From: Bdellovibrionota bacterium
GTDB taxonomy: Bacteria > Bdellovibrionota > UBA1018 > CAIPTA01 > JAALKR01
Direction: 5' to 3'
Assembly: GCA_965207455.1 (NCBI GenBank)
Contig: CBDBMJ010000001.1
Location: 480,001-544,000 of the forward strand
DNA length: 64,000 nt
Below are positions 9,167 through 19,133 of this stretch, in pieces (position 1 is the first letter of the stretch; the number at the start of each line of letters is the position of its first letter). Both the position numbers and the translations under genes were made by a program. The notes beneath the pieces are model-generated. The model was not told where the DNA came from and did no database searches. It was given only the letters and a program-made list of their open reading frames with translations.

Positions 9167-10678
9167 ATGATGAGGAATAATTATTCTCTACAGCTATTCT
9201 CTATATTTTACGCTGTACTAACTTTATCCAGTGTGACTGCACTAATTGGGTGTATTAAAGAAACTGGAACCCAAGCTTCCGAAGGAGCAATCGCTACACA
9301 AATTGTCTCTGGAGGACAACATACTTGCGCACTTTTAGCTACTGGATCAGTAAAATGTTGGGGGTCCAATAGCTATGGGCAGTTGGGTGTTGAGACAAAT
9401 GAAGTATGTATCGAGAAGATCTATGATGGATCAGCGGTAGCATATGAAACTTCATTTCAGTGCAGTACAAGGCCAGTTGATGTTTCAGGTTTAAGTAATG
9501 TACGTCAAATTGCCTTAGGAAAAAACCACTCCTGCGCACTTATCAATGATGGATCAGTAAAATGCTGGGGAGACAGTTCTTCTGGGAGGTTGGGGTTCGA
9601 GGCGAATGAGGTATGTGGTGAAAATCCAAGGACCAACCCATGTAGTAAAAAACCAGTTACCATTTCTGACTTAAACAATGTTATTCAAATTGCTTTGGGA
9701 GATAACCACTCTTGCGCAGTTTTAAGTGATAAAACAGTAAAATGCTGGGGGTATAACTATTACGGTCAGTTGGGCAATAGCAGTGGTAGCAGTAACCTTA
9801 ATAAGCAAAATTCTGTATCCATGGGATCCTCAGTCAATGCAGGTGAGCAGTCCAATGTAAGTCTAACAGATTCTTCTCAAGGTTCTCCTCCATATCCTTC
9901 AATGGATTCTTCTCAAGGTTCAACTACTGGCGAGGGGAGTGCCGAAAGCTCTGTCTCAAGTGTAACGCCAGTTTTAGTTTCTAGCTTAAGCAATGTACGT
10001 CAAATTTCTTTAGGGCAGGATCACTCTTGCGCACTTTTAGATGATGATACCAGCACTACTGATAATGAGGCAGGCACAGTGAAATGTTGGGGAAATAGTT
10101 ACTTGGATAATGACAGTTCTGGCGAAGAAAGTTCAACACCAATTTTAGTTCCCAATCTAAGTAATGTAAGTCAAATCTCCTTAGCTTATCTTCGATCCTG
10201 CGCACTTATTAATGATGGATCAGTAAAATGTTGGGGGTATAATCTCGACGGATGGTTCGGTGGTAGTAGTACAACAAATAGAAACATACCAGTTAATTCT
10301 TTTGGTTTAACTAATGTACGTCAATTTTCCTTGGGAGCTTCCCACGTTTGCGCAATCTTAAATGATGATACCAGCACCACTGCTAATGAGGCAGGCACAG
10401 TAAAATGTTGGGGAGATAATAGCATTGGGCGATTAGGCGATGGTACTACTTCAGAAAAAAGCGTGCCAGTTAAAGCTATTGGTTTAAGCGATGTGAAGCA
10501 AATTTCTTCAGGGGGATACCATACCTGTGCACTTTCAGGTAATAGATCAGTACATTGTTGGGGACGTAATGTCGAGGGGCAGTTGGGTGTTTCTACCAAA
10601 ATCCTGTGCACTGATAATGATATCAAATGTAGTCCCGTGCCAGCTTTAAATCCAGTTTTTCAAGCAAGAAACCAATAA
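9167..10678 (+). CDS. RCC1-repeat beta-propeller lipoprotein with a Ser-rich insertion
   Basis: Lipobox LIGC; seven HxCA...VKCWG-type repeats. Confidence 0.92.
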   Translation: MMRNNYSLQLFSIFYAVLTLSSVTALIGCIKETGTQASEGAIATQIVSGGQHTCALLATGSVKCWGSNSYGQLGVETNEVCIEKIYDGSAVAYETSFQCSTRPVDVSGLSNVRQIALGKNHSCALINDGSVKCWGDSSSGRLGFEANEVCGENPRTNPCSKKPVTISDLNNVIQIALGDNHSCAVLSDKTVKCWGYNYYGQLGNSSGSSNLNKQNSVSMGSSVNAGEQSNVSLTDSSQGSPPYPSMDSSQGSTTGEGSAESSVSSVTPVLVSSLSNVRQISLGQDHSCALLDDDTSTTDNEAGTVKCWGNSYLDNDSSGEESSTPILVPNLSNVSQISLAYLRSCALINDGSVKCWGYNLDGWFGGSSTTNRNIPVNSFGLTNVRQFSLGASHVCAILNDDTSTTANEAGTVKCWGDNSIGRLGDGTTSEKSVPVKAIGLSDVKQISSGGYHTCALSGNRSVHCWGRNVEGQLGVSTKILCTDNDIKCSPVPALNPVFQARNQ

Positions 10679-10703
10679 AGCTTTATAGGGCAGATAGTAT
10701 GGA

Positions 10704-10731
10704 TTTTGTATTACTGATAACGTAACTCAAC
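10704..10731 (+). repeat. 28-bp direct repeat, copy 2
   Basis: TTTTGTATTACTGATAACGTAACTCAAC. Confidence 0.85.
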
Positions 10732-10816
10732 TTTGATATGGTCAGGGTCTTCAAAGAAAACAACATAGTTGCTTGGTCCACCGGCATGTGTGATTAATTT
10801 GATCTTGTCAACTTTC

Positions 10817-11692
10817 TTACACAAAGGGGCGAAAAAAGATGGCATCTACGAGTAGGAAGATAAATAGCCAAGTGATATAGAGAAGGCTTACAAAGAACAG
10901 GTGTTTGCAGTATGCGTGGGTCTTTTTTTGTAGCATTTCTACGGTTTTCCAGATGTAGACTGAATTTAAAACAATGGCACAGCAAAGATAGAAAGCGCTT
11001 ACGCCGCCGATGAAATAGGGGCTAAGGCTAACGGCAGCCAGTACTAGTGTGTACCAAAAAATAGCTTTTCTTGTTTTCGCTTCTCCAAATTTTACGGGTA
11101 GCATGGGAATATTTGCTCGTCCATAATCTTCTTTGAGGGTAATGGCTAATGCCCAGAAATGGGGAGGGCTCCAAAACAAAATAATGGCAAACAGGGACCA
11201 GGCTAGGGGAGAGATTTCTCCTGAGGCGGCAGCCCAGCCCATTAAAGGAGCCGTGGCTCCAGCAATACCGCCGAGGAAAGTATTGTGGTGTGTGGTGCGT
11301 TTGAGCCATCGGGTATAAATAAAAACATAAAACATAATGGTAAATAGACTCAGAAAGGCTGTCATTGGATTCAGGTACAGAGATAACAGAAAAGCTATGG
11401 TACCTGTAATGATTCCAAATAAGAGTGCTTCCTCTTTTTTTAATAGGCCTAGGGGAAGGGGGCGTTTGTGTCGAGTGCGTTCCATGATAGCATCTATATC
11501 TCTATCGCAATACATATTGAGAGCGTTGGCAGAAGCTGCGGTCAGGGTCATGGCAAGCAAGACCAATACGATTGCTTGGGGTTGGTCCAAGAGGCTTCCC
11601 TCTAAAACAAGGGAGGCAAAACCAGTGATTGTGAATAGGATCACAATTTTAGGTTTGGTGAGGTTAATGTAATGACTTACGGTAGAATACAT
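10817..11692 (-). CDS. ctaB: Protoheme IX farnesyltransferase (heme O synthase)
   Basis: LTKPKI, NMYCDRDIDAIMERTRHKRPLP and FWSPPHFWALA motifs. Confidence 0.95.
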   Translation of the reverse strand: MYSTVSHYINLTKPKIVILFTITGFASLVLEGSLLDQPQAIVLVLLAMTLTAASANALNMYCDRDIDAIMERTRHKRPLPLGLLKKEEALLFGIITGTIAFLLSLYLNPMTAFLSLFTIMFYVFIYTRWLKRTTHHNTFLGGIAGATAPLMGWAAASGEISPLAWSLFAIILFWSPPHFWALAITLKEDYGRANIPMLPVKFGEAKTRKAIFWYTLVLAAVSLSPYFIGGVSAFYLCCAIVLNSVYIWKTVEMLQKKTHAYCKHLFFVSLLYITWLFIFLLVDAIFFRPFV

Positions 11693-12578
11693 AATGGGAT
11701 ATCAGTATAAGGCTAAGAAGCAAAATAGCAATACCTAAATGGGCTACGCTTATCCATGCTGGGATTGTCGACGTGCTGCTTTTTACTCCAGCAACAATCA
11801 TTCCCACCCCTAGGGACCATTGGGTGAAGAGTAGAGTGGCAATAGACCAAGGGACAAAGCAGCGTAGGGATAGTTTCGTTTTTGGTAGTTTGCGCCATTG
11901 CCATAAAAAATAGATCGTAGCTAGGGTGAAGAGCAGGGCCATCAAGCGGTGGGTGAATTGTAGTCCGACCAAACCAGAAAATCCTGGAAACCACTCTCCA
12001 TGACAGGTGGGAAAATCGGGACAGGCTAGGCCCCCATAGTTAGAGCTCACGCTTCCGCCCAAAAGAATTTGTAGGAATAAAAGCACTAGGGCTATGCGAG
12101 CGCCATAGAAAAACGTAGGGGGTATTGAAACACTGGGGGAGTTTGGTGGATAGGCAATAAAAAAAGTTCTCAGGGTCATCCAGAGCAGTATGGAGTAGAA
12201 GAGTACAGCGACGCCTAAATGTAGGGCGACTATTTCCCATTGCAAAAGTTTTGCCACTGTGAGGTAGCCCATAAAAATTTGAACAAAGAGTAGGAGTAGG
12301 GCAACGCCAAAAAGTTTTTTTAATTGTTTTTGATCTTTAAGGAAGATAAAAAATCCTGCAATAAGAAGAAGAATACTCACTAGAGTGGCAGCTAATCGAT
12401 GACCATACTCCAGCATAATTCGATATTCCATGGGAGGAATGATTTGACCGTGGCAAAGAGGCCAGTCAGGACAAGAAAGACCTGCGCCTTCATTACGAAC
12501 CCAGCCACCTAGAACCATGGTGCAAAAGGTGAAGAAGACTAAGGATAGGAAAATATAAAATAGGGTTTTTGTATTCAT
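11664..12578 (-). CDS. ctaA: Heme A synthase (COX15/CtaA)
   Basis: GLSCPDWPLCHG, EYGHR and a second GLACPDFPTCHG motif. Confidence 0.93.
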   Translation of the reverse strand: MNTKTLFYIFLSLVFFTFCTMVLGGWVRNEGAGLSCPDWPLCHGQIIPPMEYRIMLEYGHRLAATLVSILLLIAGFFIFLKDQKQLKKLFGVALLLLFVQIFMGYLTVAKLLQWEIVALHLGVAVLFYSILLWMTLRTFFIAYPPNSPSVSIPPTFFYGARIALVLLFLQILLGGSVSSNYGGLACPDFPTCHGEWFPGFSGLVGLQFTHRLMALLFTLATIYFLWQWRKLPKTKLSLRCFVPWSIATLLFTQWSLGVGMIVAGVKSSTSTIPAWISVAHLGIAILLLSLILISHYVFYRKSLH

Positions 12579-13372
12579 TTTTTGTTTTCCTCTACCATTG
12601 TGTCGATTATCAAATCTATAGGAACGGTGGTTTTTTTAACGGAGCCCTTGCCGATTCCTTCGCTACTTAATTGTAAGATGTATTTTCCGTCGGCCTTGCT
12701 TGTGGTTTGGGGGTTGGGCGCTTTGCTGCGAATATAATGTGTTAAGGCCCAGCGGTCTTGAATGGAAAGTACGGTAAAACTGGCCATACCTGTGTTGGGT
12801 ATGCCTTGGCTGATGGAAACAAAAATAGATTTGGCAGATGTTCCGTTTGTCCATGTATTTGAGGGAGCATAAAAATTTCTAGGTTGTGGTTTTAGGGCAG
12901 CACCGGCAACGCCATCTCCCCGTCCTTTCGTGCCATGGCAGGCAGTGCAATTCGTATTATACAGTGCCTTTCCCTGGGTTATTTGTTGGGGAGAGGATAT
13001 CTCCATTTTTTTTACATCTGCTAAAGAAAGGGTGGGGGCAACTTTTTTTATGGTAATAAATTTTTCTTGGCGACGAGCCCAGAGGTCACTAGCGGTTAGC
13101 CAAACAAAAACAGCTAGTGTTAGGATTGAGCTCAAGATGGCAATTCGATTGGCGTTGCTGTCCCATTTTAGTCCCATAAAAAATAGGAGTACGAGGGAAG
13201 CTTTAGCGGATGCAATGGCCATGGCTACGGCTGCATTCATGGCAGTACTGCCAAAGTTAAGATAGGAAACGGCCACGGTTAGAGCGGTAAGGGCAAGCAG
13301 GGCAGTGATGGTAATAACATATATTTTTAAGGGAATAATATGATGTTCGTTATGATTTTTTTTATTGTTCAT
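12575..13372 (-). CDS. Cytochrome c oxidase subunit IV family protein fused to a C-terminal cytochrome c domain
   Basis: Three TM helices with IASAKASLVLLFFMGLKWD, followed by CTACHG...GDG...PQPRNF...MASF. Confidence 0.85.
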   Translation of the reverse strand: MNNKKNHNEHHIIPLKIYVITITALLALTALTVAVSYLNFGSTAMNAAVAMAIASAKASLVLLFFMGLKWDSNANRIAILSSILTLAVFVWLTASDLWARRQEKFITIKKVAPTLSLADVKKMEISSPQQITQGKALYNTNCTACHGTKGRGDGVAGAALKPQPRNFYAPSNTWTNGTSAKSIFVSISQGIPNTGMASFTVLSIQDRWALTHYIRSKAPNPQTTSKADGKYILQLSSEGIGKGSVKKTTVPIDLIIDTMVEENKK

Positions 13373-13375
13373 CGT

Positions 13376-14023
13376 TTATACCACCAAATAAAATAAGGGA
13401 AAAAGGAATATCCAGATTAAGTCCACTAGGTGCCAATATAGTCCCACAAATTCTACAGCAGTAAAGTTTTCAGAGTTGAAATCGCCTCGTCTGAGTCGCC
13501 ACATTAACCATAGTAGGCAAATCATTCCTCCTATAACGTGGATGCCATGGAGTCCTGTCATCATAAAATATAGGGAGAAAAACAGGGAGGCGTTTTCCAC
13601 ATGTTCCATGGCAGGGAAGTTAAAATACTTGCCTGGTAGAAGTCCTTCATGGATTTTATGGCTGTACTCAAAATATTTAATGACCATAAAGACACCAGCA
13701 CAAAGAAAGGTGAGTATTAAATTTATCATGGCTTTGCCGAGTTGGTTGCGTTGAACATAAGCAATAGCAAGGGCCATTGTTAGTGAGCTGACCAGCAAAA
13801 CTACGGTATTTATGGATCCCATAACTTTATCTAAGTGGTGATGGGCTTCCTTGAATGTTTCTGGGTAGAGGTAATTAAAGAGAATAAAAGCGACGAAGAG
13901 TCCTCCAAAGAGCATCACCTCTTGGACTAGGAAGAGCCACATGCCAAATTTGCTGGACTCAAACTCATGCTCCTTACTTTTAAACCAAGGAGCGAAATCT
14001 TGTGTTCTTTCTTTACTACTCAT
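13376..14023 (-). CDS. ctaE: Cytochrome c oxidase subunit III
   Basis: GMWLFLVQEVMLFGGLF, TGLHGIHV and YWHLVDLIWIFLF motifs. Confidence 0.95.
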   Translation of the reverse strand: MSSKERTQDFAPWFKSKEHEFESSKFGMWLFLVQEVMLFGGLFVAFILFNYLYPETFKEAHHHLDKVMGSINTVVLLVSSLTMALAIAYVQRNQLGKAMINLILTFLCAGVFMVIKYFEYSHKIHEGLLPGKYFNFPAMEHVENASLFFSLYFMMTGLHGIHVIGGMICLLWLMWRLRRGDFNSENFTAVEFVGLYWHLVDLIWIFLFPLFYLVV

Positions 14024-14026
14024 AGT

Positions 14027-15616
14027 TTATGTTCGTCCATACTCATACGGTCCTGTGTTCACAGAGGGGTCTTTTTCAAAGTTATGGGTAATGGGAGGGG
14101 AGGAGGCAGCCGTCCACTCCAAAGTGGTACTTCCCCAAGGATTAGAGGGAGCTTTTTTTCCATAGAATAGGCAGAAGATCCAATTGAAGAAAGCAATAAA
14201 TATGCCCGCAGCAATGAGGAACGCGCCTACTGTGGAGACTTGGTTAAGGAATTGAAATTTTTCTATATAGGAAAAATATCGACGGGGCATTCCGTTAGCA
14301 CCTAAGAAAAACTGGGTGAAAAAAGTGATGTTAAAGCCCACAAAGAAAAGTACAAAGCTTACTTTTCCCCAGAATTCATGGAACATTCTTCCCGTAATTT
14401 TCGGATACCAATGGAAAATTCCCGATAGTAATGCGGTTACGGTGCCTCCTACCATCACATAGTGAAAGTGGGCAACAACGAAATACGTGTCATGGTAGTG
14501 TTGATCCAAGGACAGCGCTCCGAGGAAAATTCCCGTTAGTCCTCCAATGGCAAGAGTAAAGAGAAAACCCAGGGTATAGAGCATGGGTGTTTGTAAACTA
14601 ATGGAGCCCTTATATAGTGTGGCTGTCCAGTTAAAGATTTTAATGCCAGTGGGAATAGCTGTGAGCATAGTCATTGCGGAAAATAGTATATTAGCTAGAG
14701 GACTTTCTCCGCTGGTAAACATATGGTGACCCCAAACAAAGAAACTTACCAAGGCTAGGCCTATGGAGGAGTAGGCAATCATCTTATAGCCAAAGATTAC
14801 TTTACGAGCAAACGTGGTAATGACTTCACTGATAATGCCAAAGGCGGGAAGGATCATAATATAAACGGCAGGATGGGAATAAAACCAAAAGAAGTGTTGA
14901 AAGAGGACGGGATCTCCTCCGAGGGCAGGGTCAAAGAATCCGATGCCTAATAGTCGTTCCATCATAAGAAGCACTAGTGTGATGGCAAGTACGGGAGTGG
15001 CTACTAATTGGAGAAGGCTGGTGGCGTAGATGGCCCAGACAAATAGGGGCATGCGCATCCAAGTCATACCAGGGCAGCGTAATTTATGGACAGTGACCAT
15101 AAAATTAAGACCGGTAAATATGGATGCGAATCCCATGATAAATACACCACCCACCATGCTTAGAACAGCAGTATTGGTTTGCATACTATAGGGGGCATAG
15201 AAGGTCCAGCCCGTGTCTGCCCCTGCGCCACTTATTAAGCCGTAGAGATTCAAACCCATGCCCGCTAATAGAATATAATAACTGGCTAGGTTTAATTTTG
15301 GAAAGGCCACATCCTTTGCTCCAATCATAAGGGGCAAAAAGAAATTACCCAATGCTCCTGGAATGGCAGGAATGATAAACCAAAAAACCATGATAGCTCC
15401 ATGGAGAGTAAATGTCCGGTTATAAGCGTTTGCGCTTAAAAAATCTTGAGCGGGAGTCCAGAGTTCTGCACGTATTACAAGGGCTAAGATGCCGCCAACA
15501 AGAAAAGATAACAGAGTGGTGGATAGGTAGAGGATACCAATACGTTTATGATCAAAGGTATAGATCCAACTCAACAGCCCCTTTTTTTCTTCTATATAAC
15601 TCAAATGACCAGACAT
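14027..15616 (-). CDS. ctaD: Cytochrome c oxidase subunit I, A2 type
   Basis: [16 protein letters not shown] (YS motif of the A2 family), WGHHM, VVAHFHY. Confidence 0.97.
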   Translation of the reverse strand: MSGHLSYIEEKKGLLSWIYTFDHKRIGILYLSTTLLSFLVGGILALVIRAELWTPAQDFLSANAYNRTFTLHGAIMVFWFIIPAIPGALGNFFLPLMIGAKDVAFPKLNLASYYILLAGMGLNLYGLISGAGADTGWTFYAPYSMQTNTAVLSMVGGVFIMGFASIFTGLNFMVTVHKLRCPGMTWMRMPLFVWAIYATSLLQLVATPVLAITLVLLMMERLLGIGFFDPALGGDPVLFQHFFWFYSHPAVYIMILPAFGIISEVITTFARKVIFGYKMIAYSSIGLALVSFFVWGHHMFTSGESPLANILFSAMTMLTAIPTGIKIFNWTATLYKGSISLQTPMLYTLGFLFTLAIGGLTGIFLGALSLDQHYHDTYFVVAHFHYVMVGGTVTALLSGIFHWYPKITGRMFHEFWGKVSFVLFFVGFNITFFTQFFLGANGMPRRYFSYIEKFQFLNQVSTVGAFLIAAGIFIAFFNWIFCLFYGKKAPSNPWGSTTLEWTAASSPPITHNFEKDPSVNTGPYEYGRT

Positions 15617-15637
15617 CTTTTTCCTTTCTAAAAATAG

Positions 15638-16633
15638 CTACTTTAACGTTTTTATATAAGCAATGAGTTCATTCACTTCTTCATCTGTAAGTGTCCCACG
15701 AAACGTGGGCATACTGGCAGGGTATCCTTTTACTACTTCTTTCATGGGGTCCATTAAAGACCTGCGAATATAATTTTCATCTACGGTTACTTTCTTTCCA
15801 TTGGATAATTCTGTGATGCGATTAAAAGCGCCCTTAAAGGTGGGACCCACAAGGCGACTGCCGTTTATGGAGTGGCATACATTACAAGTTTTTGTTTTAT
15901 ATAGGATTGCACCTCGTTGGGCTATGGTTAGGACGTTGGGGGGCTTTGTTTTTGCTGCTGTTGTTGGGGTTTTTGAATTTTCTGATGTTTTTGGAGCATA
16001 TAGGTTTTGCTCCCATCGTCGGAAATTTTCCGGTTCTAGCACATGCACTTTGCCTAACATCATAGAGTGGGAAGTGCCACAATATTCTGCGCAATAGATG
16101 ATATATTCCCCTATCCTAGTTGGGCGAAACCGAAGAGTTGTGAATAGACCGGGCACCACATCTTGTTTAATACGGAAGGCAGGAACAAAAAAACTATGCA
16201 ATACATCTTTAGATGTCATGATGAGTTTAATATCCTTTCCTTTCGGCACATAGAGTGTGTTGGCAAGGATTTTACCATTCGCATATTGCATTTCCCATGA
16301 CCATTGACGGGCCAAAATGTTTATTTCATACTCGTTCATTTTGGGAGTAATATTTTTTATATAATCTCGGAGGCCCCAGAAGAAAGTAATAGCAGCAATC
16401 AAGCCGATAACAAACATGCTTCCCCACTCTAACCAATGATTGTTTGGAATATAGGCAACTGTATCGGACTCTGATCGCCTGCGGTATTTCACCACAAAGA
16501 AGAGGCCCGATCCGAGGACAGCAAGGAATAGAACTAGGCTTACAGCTAATAAAAAGACGAAGAAATCCTGATAGTTTTGAGCACTATCGGAAGCGATGGG
16601 TAGGGTAGAAAAAAACGAAGACAGAATGGTCAA
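15638..16633 (-). CDS. ctaC: Cytochrome c oxidase subunit II with C-terminal cytochrome c (caa3 type)
   Basis: DVLHSF, CuA motif CAEYCGTSHSMM, heme motif CNVCH. Confidence 0.95.
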   Translation of the reverse strand: MTILSSFFSTLPIASDSAQNYQDFFVFLLAVSLVLFLAVLGSGLFFVVKYRRRSESDTVAYIPNNHWLEWGSMFVIGLIAAITFFWGLRDYIKNITPKMNEYEINILARQWSWEMQYANGKILANTLYVPKGKDIKLIMTSKDVLHSFFVPAFRIKQDVVPGLFTTLRFRPTRIGEYIIYCAEYCGTSHSMMLGKVHVLEPENFRRWEQNLYAPKTSENSKTPTTAAKTKPPNVLTIAQRGAILYKTKTCNVCHSINGSRLVGPTFKGAFNRITELSNGKKVTVDENYIRRSLMDPMKEVVKGYPASMPTFRGTLTDEEVNELIAYIKTLK

Positions 16634-17445
16634 GGCTTGCCTCTCTTTAAAAAATACCTGCGACGAATGAATAATGTTATATAAGTAAGCAATATTAGAA
16701 CAACGGTTACGCCTCCCCCAGCCTTCATCAAGCGACTAGCCAAGAGAACGTAACGATTTTCCTTTGGAGAATAATTATAACAAAAAAGAAGGATTCTTTC
16801 AGTGATTGTCCCCACTTTTCCCTTCGACGCTTCGAGTAAGGCTAATTTTAAATTTTGTCCACCATAATTGCTTCCATAGAGTACCCGGCTTAGCTTTCCT
16901 TTGGGGGAAAGAATAAAGATGCCTGCTCCGTGGGCGAAATCATTTTGTTCGGGGTTGAATCGATAGCCAAAGCCCAATTCTGAGGCGGTTTTTTTCGCTC
17001 CTTTTCCTGTGAGAAAGTGCCAATGTTTCGTGCTTTCCTTTTCTTCCCAGGATTCAAAGAATTTTTTTTTGCTACTAGCGGCCAATTGGAAGTCCTCCCG
17101 GGGGTCGATACTGATGGCAAGGACTTGGTACTTTTCCCCCAGCTTCCAGGAGAGTTGCTCTACGGATTCACGCAGCGCATTTAGTAAAATACCACACAGC
17201 ATTGGACACCCATAATAAGTCATTACTATAACGACGGGTCGGGTGCCGTCAAAATATTTTTTTAGTGGAACGGTTTTGCCTTGTTCATCTTGGAATGTGG
17301 TGGAAAGGCTAAGGGAGATTCCTAAGGAAGGGCGGATGCCTATATTTTCCAGTTCCTTGGGGATGGGTTCGGCAGATTGTACCAATTGAACGGGAAGAAT
17401 AATAAAAACGAGAGGAATGAGAAGAATTTTTTGACGTATTGTCAT
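16630..17445 (-). CDS. SCO family copper chaperone
   Basis: CPMLC motif and FAHGA His; start at 17445 supported by AAGGAG RBS. Confidence 0.9.
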   Translation of the reverse strand: MTIRQKILLIPLVFIILPVQLVQSAEPIPKELENIGIRPSLGISLSLSTTFQDEQGKTVPLKKYFDGTRPVVIVMTYYGCPMLCGILLNALRESVEQLSWKLGEKYQVLAISIDPREDFQLAASSKKKFFESWEEKESTKHWHFLTGKGAKKTASELGFGYRFNPEQNDFAHGAGIFILSPKGKLSRVLYGSNYGGQNLKLALLEASKGKVGTITERILLFCYNYSPKENRYVLLASRLMKAGGGVTVVLILLTYITLFIRRRYFLKRGKP

Positions 17446-17548
17446 AGCTTTGCTCCTTGACTTTTGTAACAAGTATACACAGGAAAAGCAATAAACAGAA
17501 AGATAAAAGGAGGGTGTGAATATGGAAAAAATCGCTGTATAAGAAGGC

Positions 17549-18304
17549 ATGGTAAAAGTCCGAGATGATGGGATTCTTTATAGATATAAAGAAAAAGATA
17601 AGGAAAAGGAAGTTCTTCTGGATTGGAAGAATGTAAAGGGACTCCACTGTTCTATTTGGACGGGTCTCATTTCCATTCGAGGAAAGCACACCATTCCTCT
17701 GCGACTACCTGAGAATGAGCTGGTGCCCCTTGTTATAGAGTTCTACACGCGATGGTCCAGAAAGTTTCCCAGCCAAGCCAAAAAGAATGCCTTCGACTAT
17801 TCAGAGCCACCGAAAAGTGCTGCGATTCTTATGATATTTATTAGTTTATTCCTGTGTTGTCTACTTTCTACTTTGCTATTTGTGGAGAGTTATACACAAA
17901 ATTTTTGCTCTCAAGCTTTAAAGAGAACTCCTGTGCGGATAGCGCCTCAGGTATTAAAAGCAAAAAAGAAAAAGAAGGGGAATTTCGCTCTCACCCTACA
18001 ATTCACTACCCTCAGTGGTCAAGTACTGAAGGGAAAGCGCTATACGGTCAAGACCTATGCGCCGGGAGAAGACCCCACTGAGTTTTCCATTATCTATGCC
18101 AGTGAGGAACCCAATTGTTGGGTTTTAAGTCAAAGTCCGGGAAAGACAGATATAAACTGGGCGAAACGTCGTTATATGGTGTGGTTTAATACCTTAGTGG
18201 GGATTGTTTTCCTTTTAACAGGTATTGCGGGGATTTTTATTGCCATACGCCGACTCACAGAAAAACGTCCTGGCCGGGATTTAATTGCCACAAATTACCC
18301 GTAG
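17549..18304 (+). CDS. Hypothetical membrane protein (2 TM)
   Basis: Two hydrophobic segments flanking a soluble beta domain; start uncertain. Confidence 0.7.
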   Translation: MVKVRDDGILYRYKEKDKEKEVLLDWKNVKGLHCSIWTGLISIRGKHTIPLRLPENELVPLVIEFYTRWSRKFPSQAKKNAFDYSEPPKSAAILMIFISLFLCCLLSTLLFVESYTQNFCSQALKRTPVRIAPQVLKAKKKKKGNFALTLQFTTLSGQVLKGKRYTVKTYAPGEDPTEFSIIYASEEPNCWVLSQSPGKTDINWAKRRYMVWFNTLVGIVFLLTGIAGIFIAIRRLTEKRPGRDLIATNYP

Positions 18305-18305
18305 C

Positions 18306-19133
18306 TTAGGGGTTAACAAATGTGGTGGTTTTAATTGGCAGGAACCTGTCTCCTATAACAAAGTGCTTTCGTACTTTCTGGACTGCGGTTTCTTGAAAGA
18401 AATAACGAATCACACATTTTTTAGGTGGGTCTTGACCTTGTGGCCAGTCTATTTGTATATTACCCGAAGTTAATTCGCTTGAATTAAATGCTTGGTCTGT
18501 TCGGTACATTTCCTTCCCGTCACATTCCAATAGTATCGTTACTCTTGGAATGGCATTTTGCTGGTAGGTTTGGCCATCCCGAGAGTTTAGTAGAAAAATA
18601 TTGGCTTGAAAAACATCACTAAAATTCTTTACCAAACTTTCTGACTGGAATCCATTGTCGTAGCAAATATCAATAAAGAAACTGGAATCATAGTGCTCCG
18701 ATCCTATATCAAATAATACTTTCGTAAGTCTTGTTTTAAGAGAAACCCTTTGTAGGTCATCATCAAGTCTGCTTCCAAGATTATAGTTTGGTTTATCAGA
18801 GTGCAGATCTGTGGTGTTATGAACAGCTAAATAAGGAACTTGATTTAAAGTAATTTCACCATAGGTGCTACTATACAGGGTTTTAGCTTCAGCAGTGCCG
18901 TTAGAATCGCTGGATGAGTATCTCGAGGTGTATTGAATACCATTTTTCCCATCAGCCTTAGAAATCCCCGCATTACAAGCATAGAGGTCTTGTCCTGAAC
19001 TACGAACATCAAAGGTAAATTCTAATCTGGATTCCACCATTGATCTTTCTTCTTGAGGAGTTATTTCACACCAAGCTGTAGTGGTATAGAATATATTAAA
19101 TAATAGTATTTTTATTATTTTATTTTTGAACAT
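18306..19133 (-). CDS. Secreted 4-Cys paralogue (family member 6)
   Basis: Signal peptide; LYACNAG, YDSSFFIDICY, LECDG, CVIRYFFQE. Confidence 0.85.
   Translation of the reverse strand: MFKNKIIKILLFNIFYTTTAWCEITPQEERSMVESRLEFTFDVRSSGQDLYACNAGISKADGKNGIQYTSRYSSSDSNGTAEAKTLYSSTYGEITLNQVPYLAVHNTTDLHSDKPNYNLGSRLDDDLQRVSLKTRLTKVLFDIGSEHYDSSFFIDICYDNGFQSESLVKNFSDVFQANIFLLNSRDGQTYQQNAIPRVTILLECDGKEMYRTDQAFNSSELTSGNIQIDWPQGQDPPKKCVIRYFFQETAVQKVRKHFVIGDRFLPIKTTTFVNP

Noticed and set aside
8965..10731. 28-bp repeats as dif/pdif or integron attC sites
   Set aside because: No XerC/XerD arm symmetry or TTATGTTAAAT, no RYYYAAC...GTTRRRY palindromic structure, and no integron integrase
17446..17689. N-terminal extension of SCO to 17550 and ORF 17309..17689
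   Set aside because: RBS and signal peptide support the 17445 start; the longer frames collide with the divergent gene
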